64,000 bases of DNA from Tubulanus polymorphus. Taxonomy: Eukaryota; Animalia; Nemertea. Of the stretch, positions 46,208 through 57,954 are shown one piece after another. Where the stretch lies: assembly GCF_964204645.1 (NCBI RefSeq), contig NC_134025.1, positions 8,804,001 to 8,868,000 of the forward strand. The letters are read 5' to 3'. How positions within the stretch are numbered: the stretch's first letter is position 1; each line of letters begins with the position of its first letter. The translations under genes were made by a program, and so were the position numbers. The notes under the pieces are model-generated. The model ran no database searches. It was not told the DNA's origin and saw nothing but the letters and a program-made list of their open reading frames with translations.

Positions 46208-47885
46208 CAATGGCGGATTTAGGGGGAGCACCGGAGCATGCGCTCCTCCCTAAAATTGTCAGGAAAAAATTCCCGACCATGCCTTTTAAGCGAATTGTGT
46301 CTTGAAATGATTTTTCATCTTTTGAAAAGCGAGAGTTCTCACGTACGATTCAATGCTCAATACTACTCGAGTGATGGACACACAAAATTCTAGAGAGAAT
46401 GCTTATACATTTTAGCTGTATTTTCCCTATTGGTGCAAATTTGAATACTGTATGTTGTTTCAAATACAAATCCGGTTCTATTTCAGATTTAAAAATTGAT
46501 CTATGTTGTTTTTTGCCTTTTTTTAATTACTAGGAGCACGTCGGATCCAACGCCTAAAAGTCTGCAAAAAATCATCAATTTTAAAAAAATTCTTTTTTAG
46601 TCCTTCGTGTTTTCATCACAATTTTTCAACAATTTATGCCCGTCGTGATTTTTAATCTAGCAGCTCGTAAAATTTATGTTCGATCCTTTTTTTCAATTTC
46701 GTGATTTGCAAAAACGTTAGTTCTCCCTCAGCATTTGAATCAAATCAATCACAATTTCCACTCGCCCCGCATTTTTTAAATCTTTTTCTGCAGTCCATTC
46801 GAGATTTTATGTGAAAATACTCAATTTAAAAAAACCATTTTCATTTTTTTTTCTTTAGCGATTTTTGCGGAGTAATCACCGACATGGACATCAACCAGTA
46901 CAAATCCAAGAGAAATGGCGAGTTAACGCTATCAGTTTAAGATATAAAACAATTTCAGGAATAACAATTTTATTTTTGTTTAAAGTCACTGAACCAATCA
47001 GAAATATCGGAGGCTATACAGTGTTTAAATATCATGATACATCACACAAAAAATTAATGCGCTATCAGAAAACATGTAGGCAAGTGTTATTTGCCGACAA
47101 CGCCGACAATGGGAAACAGTCTCGTTTTACTTGCCGATATTGGGAAAGATATATCAAATGTAGTTACTTGCCGACATCGGGGAAGAGATCAAGTGGCTTG
47201 AGAGAGCGCTAGGTCCCCTGACTGGACCGTGGAATAGTAAGCTATCACTTGGATATTGTGTTAACAAAAAAAAGAAGTAACAATTTCTCATTCGTCATGT
47301 CGGCAAGTGAATTCATACCGACACTTCTCATTGTTGGCGATGTCGGCATGTAGCCAACATGTCCCAGAAGCCGAAACACTACTTCCGTTTCTAGACATTG
47401 AAGGAACAACAGTTCCGTACTGTAGGCCTACTTGACCCTGAGTACATCGTAAAAATCATCAATGATTAAGGTTACCTGACTGAAATACATAGTTTTATAA
47501 ACATATATGATATATATATATATATATATGCAGTAATATGGATCCTGCTTATTTTTCAAATATTGAAGTCGGTGGGATAGCATAGCGCGCGGACACCATA
47601 AAATAATTATTGAATTTTAATGTTGAAAAAAAATGATTCACTTCAAGATACGCCCTTTGCAAGCGCGGATTCAAGGGGAATCACCCCCCCCCCTCCTTAA
47701 ATTTCTGAGCTGCCCCCAAAAACGGTGACGGAATTTTTTTGCCAATTCTCTAGAATTGGTCCAAAAATTCCACTATTACCTGAGGGAGGATCCCCAGAAC
47801 CTTTTTCTTGGCTTTGCACCTTCGGCGCTCGAAAATTTGCCCTATATATCGTGGTCCCCTCAAAATTATCCTAGATCTGCCCTTG
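46208..47885. mobile_element. GGCGGATYTAGGGG-type TIR element(s)
   Basis: Left ends CAATGGCGGATTTAGGGGG (46208) and CAAGCGCGGATTCAAGGGG (47660), right end CCTAGATCTGCCCTTG (47870-47885), with a T-rich non-coding interior. Confidence 0.5.
47091..47350. mobile_element. Fold-back element with TTGCCGACA/TGTCGGCAA subterminal repeats
   Basis: TTGCCGACAACGCCGACAATGGGAA is mirrored by TTCTCATTGTTGGCGATGTCGGCAT; ACTTGCCGACAT is mirrored by ATGTCGGCAAGT. Confidence 0.55.
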
Positions 47886-48253
47886 CGTAGGTTGTAGAAT
47901 TTTTCATTTTTCACAAATAATGTACACGTCGCGTGTACTAGGACTCTCAAACCACTTACGAACCTCACAGTGTTTGACGATAGAGCGCGTATGCGTCAAT
48001 CAAGCCACGAGTTATGTGCGAAAATAGATGCTCGGACATGAAATAAATGTAGTTACATACATTTATGTTTAAAAACATAATACTAAAACATGCTATCATT
48101 GCATTCAAATTTGCAGATGTGAGATTCATAATTCAACTTATCGGAATTAACTTTCAACATTTATCGTACATTCACAATGTACCCTATGCGCAACGCTGTA
48201 GTGGAGCTTACGATGTAACACACCAGCTAAAGCAGAAACATTTTGAATTCATT

Positions 48254-50965
48254 TTAAAGCTGTTTGTCTTTTGATTTTTCGGAAAGTTCGATTGTCACGC
48301 ATATCTGTATCAACGAGTACATAGCAATACCAGCAATAATGAGCGATACGGGAGCACCTGCAACAATTCAAAAAGAAATAAATCACGACGAAGCCGCGAC
48401 AAAACGTAACTCCATTACATGTACCAGATTCAGATACCTGTAAACTTCTATCATTTTCACAATATTACGTTACGGTTTTAACTTCTCGGTATGATATGTA
48501 TGCACCTACCTTCGGACAAAAGTCGATCAGAGATCAAGAAAAAAACTTTGCTTCCACTCAAATATGAGAATATTGCTAACACGGACATAGCAAGTAAGGG
48601 TATATACATTAGGCTGGCGACTCTTCTTAGCATTTGTTCTGACATTCGTTTCTGCAATGATGATATTAAGAGTTTACGATTTAACTAGTGAAATTACCAA
48701 ATCATATAAGCACAAAATAGTGGAACCTCGTTACGACGAACTTCACGGACCAGAAAATATGTTCGTTATAACCGATAGTTTGTTGTATCCAGTATGAAAA
48801 TAATTAGATTTTCTTACATGGGACGAAATTCTATTCTTATATGCGACGAATCGTTGTATAACGAGGTTGCACTGTATTTAGAATTAATTGGATATAGGTT
48901 GGCAGTTTAAACTTTACCTTCATACTTTCTACAAACATTGTACGTGATAAAGCTGACATTGTGAACTCAATTGACAGAACAATAAAATTCATTGCTGTCC
49001 AAATGAAAATGTGCTCTTGAATTCCATGAAATATGAATATAAAGCTGAAGTTTAATAATGTACCAAAGTATCTTCTCAGTAAACCGTGGCGAGATCCACC
49101 ACATGGAATATAGATGTGTCTGCAAAATATGCACAAAAATGGGGCTAAAAGTTACCAGGTAACAAAAATTCAACATGCAATGGTAATCATTGATTCAAAG
49201 CAAGCCCTTACCTCTTAAGAAATTCATAAAGCCCTCTATCAAAGTATCTGGAAATTTCAAGAATGAAATATGTCATAAACCTTTGATAAAAATAAGGTGG
49301 ATTTTGGTTCATGTACACTTACTTCCACATGTCTGAATACTTGTAAACTCTTGAAATACATATTGGTCCCGTATATGTATCAATATCATCTATTTTTGCA
49401 AGCAAATGCACAAGACCATACATAACTACATAGATCAACATAAAAAACTGTCCTTGACTATATGCTATTCCAGATAAAGTCCAAAGAGACATCGTCCTTA
49501 GTCTTTCTTCAGAGAAATGTATTGCACTGAAGTACATGAAGTGTAGCAGAACTTCAATGAATAGATACCAAAATATGAGACGCCCAGCTAGCTTCAAAAC
49601 ATTGACCACTTTTAATTTAGTCCATTTTCTAGGTGGCTTTGAAACCTGAAATTAGAGTAAAGGTATATAACAATGATATTGCAGAACAGTTGATAGGGCA
49701 GAAAAGTTCATTATTAATGAGTTCATACAAAACCTCATCATAAAATCTGTCATAGGTCAATAGTGGGCCACTATTCATCATTGGTAAATACAAAGTGTAT
49801 GTTAGCAAGGCTATGAAGTTATATTTTTCATTTGAAACTTTGATATTTTCTTTTCCTTTGTCCGTTTTAGCCTTCTCTTCAAGCATACTTGTTGTGTGAC
49901 GATCTAATCCAAAACTAATGCATTTTAGATTCGTCATTGTGTAAACTGACACCAGCCATTGGAATTTTGTGTCTTGGGTAATCAAATCACCACAAAATTT
50001 TCTCTGTAAAACGAACCACAAAGCAAACCATATACATATGACATTTTCAAAGTGGATAAACCAGACTTCAAATATCCAGTTAATTACTTACCAAAATATC
50101 TGATGTCTGACCAATATTCAGAATCGAAAGGAATCCTAGGTTCACCAGCCAGATTATTGTGCGCATGTGAGTCATTGAAGCAACGTTGGATATGATACAA
50201 TGCAGCAGTATTAATCCAGCTAACTTTGTTCCAAGCACTGTTGTCAGTACAAAAAGCCCGAAGAATATATAAAACCACTGCTGAAACTATACAGAAAATA
50301 ATTTCAATAATATAGGCAGATACAAGCTGTAATTCCAAAAATAAATAGTTGAATTGTCAAAATATAAGTTTAGTTTGCAATTTTAAACTATTCGACTATC
50401 TGGTGTTACTGGCCTACATATAGGCTATATTATATTCCTCACCATAGGGCATTTCCAGCGAATTATGGTAGAAATAATCACATGACATGTATAATATTGC
50501 CAGGTCTGTTTAATCCACTCATGCCATGCACTCCATTCGAAACAAGAAATGTCCTAAAAAACAAATAAGGCAAGCCAACAATTTAACCTTATCCTAATGA
50601 TTTATGCCTAGCCCAAAAAAATTAACTACATATTCTTAAGCGTTATCATATCTCATACGATAGAACAAGGGAATTTATTACCTGCTTTCGTCCAATTAGT
50701 GACCACCCATCTCGGAAGTCATAGGGATTGAGATTTTGAAAATCTGTGAAAGGAAAGAGAATAATGATTTCCTTTTCAATTACGTTCAATCAAAATTGAT
50801 AAAAATCATCGATTTGAAGACCACATATCAAAGCTTTGAATTGAACAGTATTAATGACTTACTTAATGAATATATCAGAACAGTATAAAACGCATAACCA
50901 CTACATGAAACCCATATCACTGAGTACAGCAGTAACTCAACACGTGGCAATGCTTTACTGTTCAT
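48254..50965 (-). CDS. HHAT: Hedgehog acyltransferase (MBOAT family), multi-exon
   Basis: N-terminus LPRVELLLY; FEWSAW; LYLPMMNSGPLLTYDRF; GQFFMLIYVVMYG; SDMWKYFDRGLYEFLKRHIYIPCGGSRHG; catalytic His in FIFIFHG...WTAMNF. GT-AG junctions; stop TAA at 48254. Confidence 0.9.
48718..48876. mobile_element. Tc1/mariner (pogo-like) MITE family B in an HHAT intron
   Basis: TAGTGGAACCTCGTTAC ... GTATAACGAGGTTGCACTGTA. Confidence 0.75.
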
Positions 50966-51341
50966 TTTACATTCGTAGAAAGTTAGAAGACAACCTATAA
51001 AACACACAAAGCAAACAGTTTATATTTTGAAAATTTGGAAGAAGGTTCTTTTTCAAACAGAGGAGGCCTTTTAAAGCCCACTGACTGTAATAATTTTCGA
51101 AGTTTACCTCTTCAATTCAATCTTGATGTTTCGAATACATTTTCAGCATTATGCAGTCATTTTAACGCACTGAACTCCATCAAACCATTAAGCTAGGCCC
51201 CTAAAACCCAAATGTCAAAAATTGAAAATATCAACTCGGTCTACGTCCTTGGAAGTCACATTTCCACCGAATCTCGGTTGTCCCTATTTCTCGGGCAACG
51301 GCCTGCATTGTTATCCCTAATCTCAGGGTAAAATCTTAAAG
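50966..51341. promoter_or_regulatory. Bidirectional promoter region between HHAT and GSTZ1
   Basis: Divergent start codons separated by 376 bp. HHAT has a 5'UTR acceptor near 50995, implying a first exon in this interval. Confidence 0.6.
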
Positions 51342-52952
51342 ATGGCACGGGTAAGAATTGCTTTTCAGCGTTTTTATTAGCTCGCGGTCGGTGACATTGA
51401 TTGTACATTCATTTATTGTAAGAACTTTTATTTTTAGCCAGTCCTTCATTCTTACTACAGAAGTTCGTGTTCATGGAGAGTTCGAATCGGTAAATACCAT
51501 AAAGTGTAACACTTCGTTTGATTGAAATTCAAATATATTTTTATTCATCCATTTTGTCGGCGGGATCGTACCGAAACCTTGAATATTAAGACATTTGTAT
51601 ACATAAATACGAATCATCTCTTTTGTACTTAAAGCATTGGCACTCAAAGGTATTGAATATGAAACAAACCCAGTTCATCTATTAAAGGATGGAGGACAAC
51701 AGGTAATTGATATACCACAGGGGCTCAGTATTTTACTATTAGTACCTGGATAGTATTGGATGATCCAAGCTACTATTAATCCCCAAACTTCAAATACGAA
51801 CGCCTGTGGATTAAATCAACAAAATATCCGATTAAACTAAACCACAATCTGGTGACTGGATAAAATAGATACTGGTGGGCCTTTTTGTGTAATATATATT
51901 ATCTCCTTCTTTCAGTTTTCAGAGACTTTTTCTAAACTAAATCCAATGCACCAGTTACCTGCACTGGAGATTGATGGCCATGTTTTGACCCAATCGGTAA
52001 TTTGAATTATCACACTTGCGTTTTAGACTACTAGCTGTATTATAGAACTATTACCCGGTATCTTTTTATCATTCAGACATCTATCATCGAGTATTTAGAG
52101 GAAACGCACCCCGATAATAATGTTTTACCAAAATGCCCGATTCAAAGAGCAAAGGTTTGTTTACAACTTTTAAATTGAGTTCTTGAATTAAACGTTTTCA
52201 TATCAGTTCAGTTGTACAATTGACAAGTGGTTTTTCAACTAAAGGTGGTTAATTCTCTTGTAGGCGCGTTCTTTAGCTGATACAATTACATCTGGAATTC
52301 AGCCTCTTCAGAATCTGTCTGTCCTGAAATATGTTGGTGATGAAAGAAAGATGGAATGGGGAAACCACTGGATAACTAGGGGTTTTATAGGTACGAATTT
52401 ATTGAAATATGAATGAATCTTTTTCATCATGCTAGATTTTGCTGAACCCACAATTCACTATCTAGTAGGTCTAATTCATGATTTGATTTTTTGCTAAAGC
52501 TCTTGAAAAAATGCTTGAAGGAACTGCTGGAAAATATTGTGTTGGAGATGCGATTTCAATTGCCGATTTATGTCTCGTACCTCAGGTTTACAACGCTCAG
52601 AGGTATGTATTACAAGAGATAACAGTTTCCATTTCCCTTCTGGATGCGGATCTAGAAATGACACTAAAATCATCAGCTGGCAAATATAGTTTAGACATTA
52701 GTGAATATGCTTCACGTATTTATGATTAAAACTACCCTGGTGCATTGTAGCTTCAAACTGAACAGCATTTGATCGATAAGAAACAATTAAGTGAATGAAT
52801 CTCTGTCTAAAATCAAATCTATCTGCAGGTTTAAAGTTGACATGACACAGTTTCCAACCATTAATCGAATACATGACGAGTTGGTTCAACTAGATGCATT
52901 CATCGCTGCTCATCCATCTCGTCAGCCAGATTGTCCAGAGGACCAAAGATAA
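51342..52952 (+). CDS. GSTZ1: Glutathione S-transferase zeta / maleylacetoacetate isomerase, 8 coding exons
   Basis: Zeta-class motif [14 protein letters not shown]; [14 protein letters not shown]; SGIQPLQN; [26 protein letters not shown]; C-terminal [10 protein letters not shown]. Confidence 0.95.
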
Positions 52953-53198
52953 AACCAGAATATGTTCCCTCATCTCCATCAGGGAAAATCTCACAAAATG
53001 TGCTTCTTCACAAGATCTGTGGTCCTAAGGTTAAATTCTTGTTTTTCTGCTTTTTGCTGAAGCTTATTTAATATCAACAGCTAGAAGCGTAATAATGTGG
53101 GAAAACTGTTATCAATCATGAAATTGTTTATGAGTGTCCTTAGTCAGTTGTTGAAATTAGACACTCATTGAAACATATTTATTGCAAGTTTGATTCCT

Positions 53199-53304
53199 GG
53201 ATCCAGTTCCACAGTCGTGAGTTAACTTAATTAAAGTTAGTTCATTTTCAATCAATGAGAAAACTAGGAGTCAAATCTTTACTCAGAACTGTGGAACTGG
53301 GTCC
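53199..53304 (+). mobile_element. MITE family A, best-preserved copy
   Basis: TIRs GGATCCAGTTCCACAG / CTGTGGAACTGGGTCC; lies in or near the GSTZ1 3'UTR. Confidence 0.85.
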
Positions 53305-54958
53305 TACTGAACGGTTTGTGCATTTCCGGTGTGTAGTTTATGACATGTTTTATTAGTCTGGGAAATAAAGGTCAGTCATTCCAAGTAAATTTATTTCTAA
53401 ATTGTTATTTGGGACGAGTGTTGAGGAGGATATTGCAATAAAGGCCAACTGAAGCGCGCATCACGCAGACACGTAACTTCAAGTGGGGCAAAAATCTAAG
53501 GGCCACAAAATGCGTTCATCATTAAGAGATGTGCCTGGACAGATGATCGTTAAGGTAAACAAGAAAATTAATTTTAGAAAATTATTTGACGCCTGCGAAA
53601 AAAATGTATAATTTCTGGGCTGGAATTGCAAATTTGAAATCGACGTTTTAAAAAATTTGGGGAATAATGAGATTTGGCGATTGGGTAGATGATACAGCGG
53701 GTCTTCGACTCTAGTAGTGGTTTAAATTTTTTTATTGAAAATTCTCAATAATTGATCGCGAACTTGCGACCGACTTCATTTACTTATGCCTCTAAGCTGG
53801 TCTGCAACTTCATTGCCTCCATGGTTGAAGAACGAGCTCTTCTGATGTCTGCTTCATCATGACTTCGAGCATATCGTGTGGCCTAGCCAGCCGGCCCGGG
53901 CCACGGGTTTGGCTGTCACTCGATATCCTAGAGTCTTGAGTCTGGGTGGGTTGAAGTAGACATTGTCATTTAAAATAACATGCTTATGTTGTTCTGTATG
54001 AATTACCCGTGTGTCATGTATGTTGTATTAATTTATTTTAAAATTTGTATTTATTGAATTTGGGAATTTTATCCCGAAATTTCAATGTAATAAGGATCAA
54101 TAAAGAATTGAATTGAGTTGTCACCTAATACACATGCCATCAGAGGACGCGGAGCCGTATATGATAGCTATGCTATTATAAATTGCTAATCTCACGAAAC
54201 CTGCATACTCCTGATATCAAACATATTTTCTAAAACGTTTGAATATTGAAATTATATGTTTACACATTTTCATATTGACCGCTTGTAGCCGCTGATGAAA
54301 TTCACGCCGGCCCTACACACATCGTAGATAGCTTCGTCATTCCACCGGCATGCCCACGTCAGGGTCTGACTTTTATATCAGACTTCCAAATCGTGTATAC
54401 ATCCGCCCTTTAACCGAATAATCCGATTTACTTATCATTTCCATTTATGCCTGCCGCTTCTGATATAATCATACATCCTTTACTATTACAATACATCTTC
54501 TTATGATATTCAATGCAATATAACATTTCGACGTTCAAATATAGGTCATTATATAATCAAAGGAAGCCATTCTACATCTATGTCAATAATATTTTGCCAG
54601 ATAGCTTATTTGTGTACACATAGACCTGTGACGTTTTGCACATCGATTTACGGCTGTCGTTTGTAAAATGACGCTGAATGGTTAACATTGTTTAGGTTTC
54701 ATAATGGTAACGTTTTATAAGGCGTCAAAAAAAGCTGAGACTGAAAAGGAAATAATTTGAACGAATTTCGGCAGATGCCTGCAAATCATGTATGTGGTGG
54801 AACGTAGTCTATTTATTTACAGATATCAATAAATAATCTATAATTACAAGTTTGCACATAATGTAAATAACTCGATTTCACACTAATAGATCGGGACAGC
54901 ACATTTTTTTCGGTTGATTTCGTAGTCTCTGCGAGCGGGAATCGCTTTCCCATGAAAC

Positions 54959-56528
54959 TCAATCCCGTATATGTGTTGATTTAGGTTTGAAGAAAATGAC
55001 TAAATTTGGTCGATTGTCACTGTGCGAAGATTTATTCTGAGGCACAAATCTGACCAATTTCGCAATTTTTGCCGCCCATTTCCCTGGCCGTGCGCTCTCG
55101 ATCCTGAGTTCTAATCCTTTGTTAGTTCGCGTATCCCTTGTCCAGTCTCGGACCGCTGGTGTAACGTGGAAACTAAACCAACCAGTTTCATTGACGGCGA
55201 CTAACCTAGAAGTAAACAACGCGGTTTCGTAACGTGCTACGTGTAAATACTTTATTCAAGACATATTTTACGGAATAAATCTTGAAATTAACATGTATGT
55301 TACATATTTGAAGCAAGTCTACTGATTACTACATTTTGGAAAAAAAATTTTGAGACTAATTCTATTACCCTGTACTCTACAATTATTGCCACTCAATTTT
55401 TCCTGAGTAGGAATAACGCATGCGAAATAATATGAGATTGTTTTAATTATATTATACATTATCAATTCGCTATTAGTTGTTAATACCGAGCTGCACGGTA
55501 AAACCAAATATAATAGTACAGATCAGCAAAATCGAACTTAGTAATTACGTACTCATGAGCCTACTGGATCGCAATCGTCGATGATGCCATAATAGGCTCC
55601 GATTGATCCTGATTCTGAATACCTGAGTTCGATTCTAAATGACCACTCATGTTTCTGATATTGAATGATGATGTATCGAACCCGGTAAAATCGGGTACTT
55701 CGCGTAACACTATCATGAGACTAAAATGCGTACCTCGAATCTAAGAGTTTTGTTTTCCCAGCTTTTCTGTCCAAAACCTGATGGATGCTAACTCGCGCTG
55801 TGTGGATTTTATGAGTGTCGGCAATTTTCTTCCAATTCCAGTTAGAGGGAGCGCGTTTGTATATCTCCACAACGGCTCCAGTGATTTTGCTGAGAGAGAA
55901 TACTCGGTCTCCGATTGGAAAATCGATTTTTCTTTTTCGTAGTTTCGTGTACACAATTTTCTCTAAGAATAAGAAACGAATGGAAATTATGCTTGGTGGT
56001 TTCATGAAATAAACTCATCTAAGTGAACCACATACAAAAACTGCGGTAAACAATTAGTGGCACCACAATTGTTCGCACGTCTGGAATATTTTTCATGAAT
56101 AAATTGTTCACCTGCATCAACTAAGTGAACAACTCTTCATTTATGTGAACAACCGCGTGGAAAGACAAGTAGAAATCGTCAGAAACTAAGAAAATCCTTC
56201 GAAAACTTTCGAACAAAATTCAACACGTTTTTCATGAGGATTTCGAAGAATCATGCTTTTGAAAATATCCCTTTACCATTCATTATGAATTATTTATAAT
56301 TTCTATTATGAATCGAGTCAATAATCTTCGAAAAATACCTTTTTCAGAAATATCCGATCTGAATACGCGCGCTACTGATGCCATTCCTTGATGGGCACGC
56401 CTTACTCGTCTGGAAAAATACGGCTTTTCGGCGGTTAGTCCTCCACTTGTGATAGGTTTTGCCACCATTGAAGTTGTTGATACTATGAAAACGACGAACA
56501 TTTTCAATATCATTCGCATAAATTCCAT
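54959..56528 (-). CDS. Secreted Lefty-like TGF-beta prodomain-only protein, 221 aa, 3 exons (56528-56339, 55962-55734, 55205-54959); no cystine-knot domain
   Basis: Signal peptide and RRVRR furin site. Lefty-type motifs IYKRAP, ARVSIH, LLDSRLVAVNETGWFSFHVTPAVRDW, LELRIESARPGKWAAKIAKLVRF and RPNLVIF. Canonical phase-1 and phase-2 introns give a 666-nt open frame; AATAAA on the minus strand at ~54812-54817. Confidence 0.85.
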
Positions 56529-57262
56529 ATTGTGTCAGAAAATTCTTTTTCAGGAGTAAAATCCTCGGATCGCTACATAAACTGTATTCTGTAGTCGTGG
56601 GCCAACGAACTGCCTCTGTCAATTTCGAAGAACTCGATCGATTTATGAGCAGAGAGTTGTTTCTCTCACCTCCCGTAGACACAATAATTAGGGAACAATA
56701 GTGTCTGGAGTGGGCCGTGGAGGATATGATCCCAAAAGATGGCCTTGTTGACAATTCCGACCATCTGCGGGCTTAGCGCTCAATTAGAAAAGTCACAACA
56801 CACAATACACCTGCGTCACCAAGACATCTTCCCTTTGAAACGAATTAGGGTTTATTTTCATATTGGTCGCGTAATCCGATCCACCTCTAGTGTATAATTA
56901 CGTAGACGCATGGTCGTGTTACGTTAAGGGAGTTCGTGAAATACAATGACCGAATCGGACTGGCTAGCCATGTTAATTGCCATGAGGTCATCGTTGTCTG
57001 GTTATAGTTAGATTTGGAAACCAGAAATCATCCGCGAAACCCTTCGACAGTCATTAAACTCGGGTATGCACTGTTTATTGGGACGATAAACGATTAATCT
57101 TGAAAATATATCTATTCAATACTGGAGTAAGTCGTCTTACCTGTTTTTTGATTACTACGAAGTTGTTAACCTAGACCAGTAAACACAACTTTTTAAGTAA
57201 TAAGACACGCGATATCATTTGGTGAATTTCTGCTGACTGCATTCCAGCGACTTTTTCATTTT

Positions 57263-57623
57263 TATAGTGGAACCTCGATACAACGAACTTTAGGGACCAA
57301 AGTGTATTCATTAGGATAAACAAAAAATGATACCTTGTTTCTCCGCAGCGGCCGGGTCATTTTTGTAAAATCTGATAAAATTTGTAAACATTTCATTTCA
57401 TAGCGGCCGGGTCTGTTATGGTAAAAATGATCAGGATTTTAAAAAGAAGTAATGTATGCGGCCAGCCGGGTCAACTCTTTTAAACTCAACAGAGCGGGGA
57501 AACAAGGTACCAATTTTTTTAGCCTTATAACCACTATGTCGAATATCGAAATTATCAAAATTGTCCTAGGACAGTGTATTGGATAAATCGCATCGGTGGT
57601 CGTTATAACGAGGTACCACTCTA
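57263..57623. mobile_element. MITE family B copy with internal ~55-bp-period GCGGCCGGGTC repeats
   Basis: TATAGTGGAACCTCGATACAACGAAC ... GTCGTTATAACGAGGTACCACTCTA, with GCGGCC(AGCC)GGGTC near 57348, 57403 and 57458. Confidence 0.7.
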
Positions 57624-57954
57624 TAAGCAATTGATTTTTACATTCATCTCCTCAGCATGACCATTGGGAAGCCTTGTCGTTCGGTGGTCGTGGAAATTAC
57701 TTAGGTCCAAATAACAGATCAATATCACAGAAATCAAAAAAATGAATTAGAATATCTTTTGCATAAACTTTATTCATTCGGACCAATAGAAAATGATACT
57801 CGTGATTTTCACAACAGAATATACGAATCTAACTATCATATGATTTTTACATAAGCATGGTTTAAAATAGCGATAAATTTCTGCGTAATTAACAGAAGTG
57901 AAACCTGAGAAAATTTGTGAAAAGCGGAAGCAAGTGAGTTATCAAGTGTACATT

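Noticed and set aside
54190-54240. LENM…RS resembling a TGF-beta C-terminus
   Set aside because: No CxC motif; too short to distinguish from chance.
55801-55808. FoxH1 site TGTGGATT as a Nodal-responsive Lefty enhancer
   Set aside because: Single site inside a coding exon; no paired sites seen in the introns or upstream.
56344-56754. 136-aa ORF overlapping Lefty-like exon 1
   Set aside because: Alternative frame over the 5'UTR with a non-ATG start and no recognisable features.
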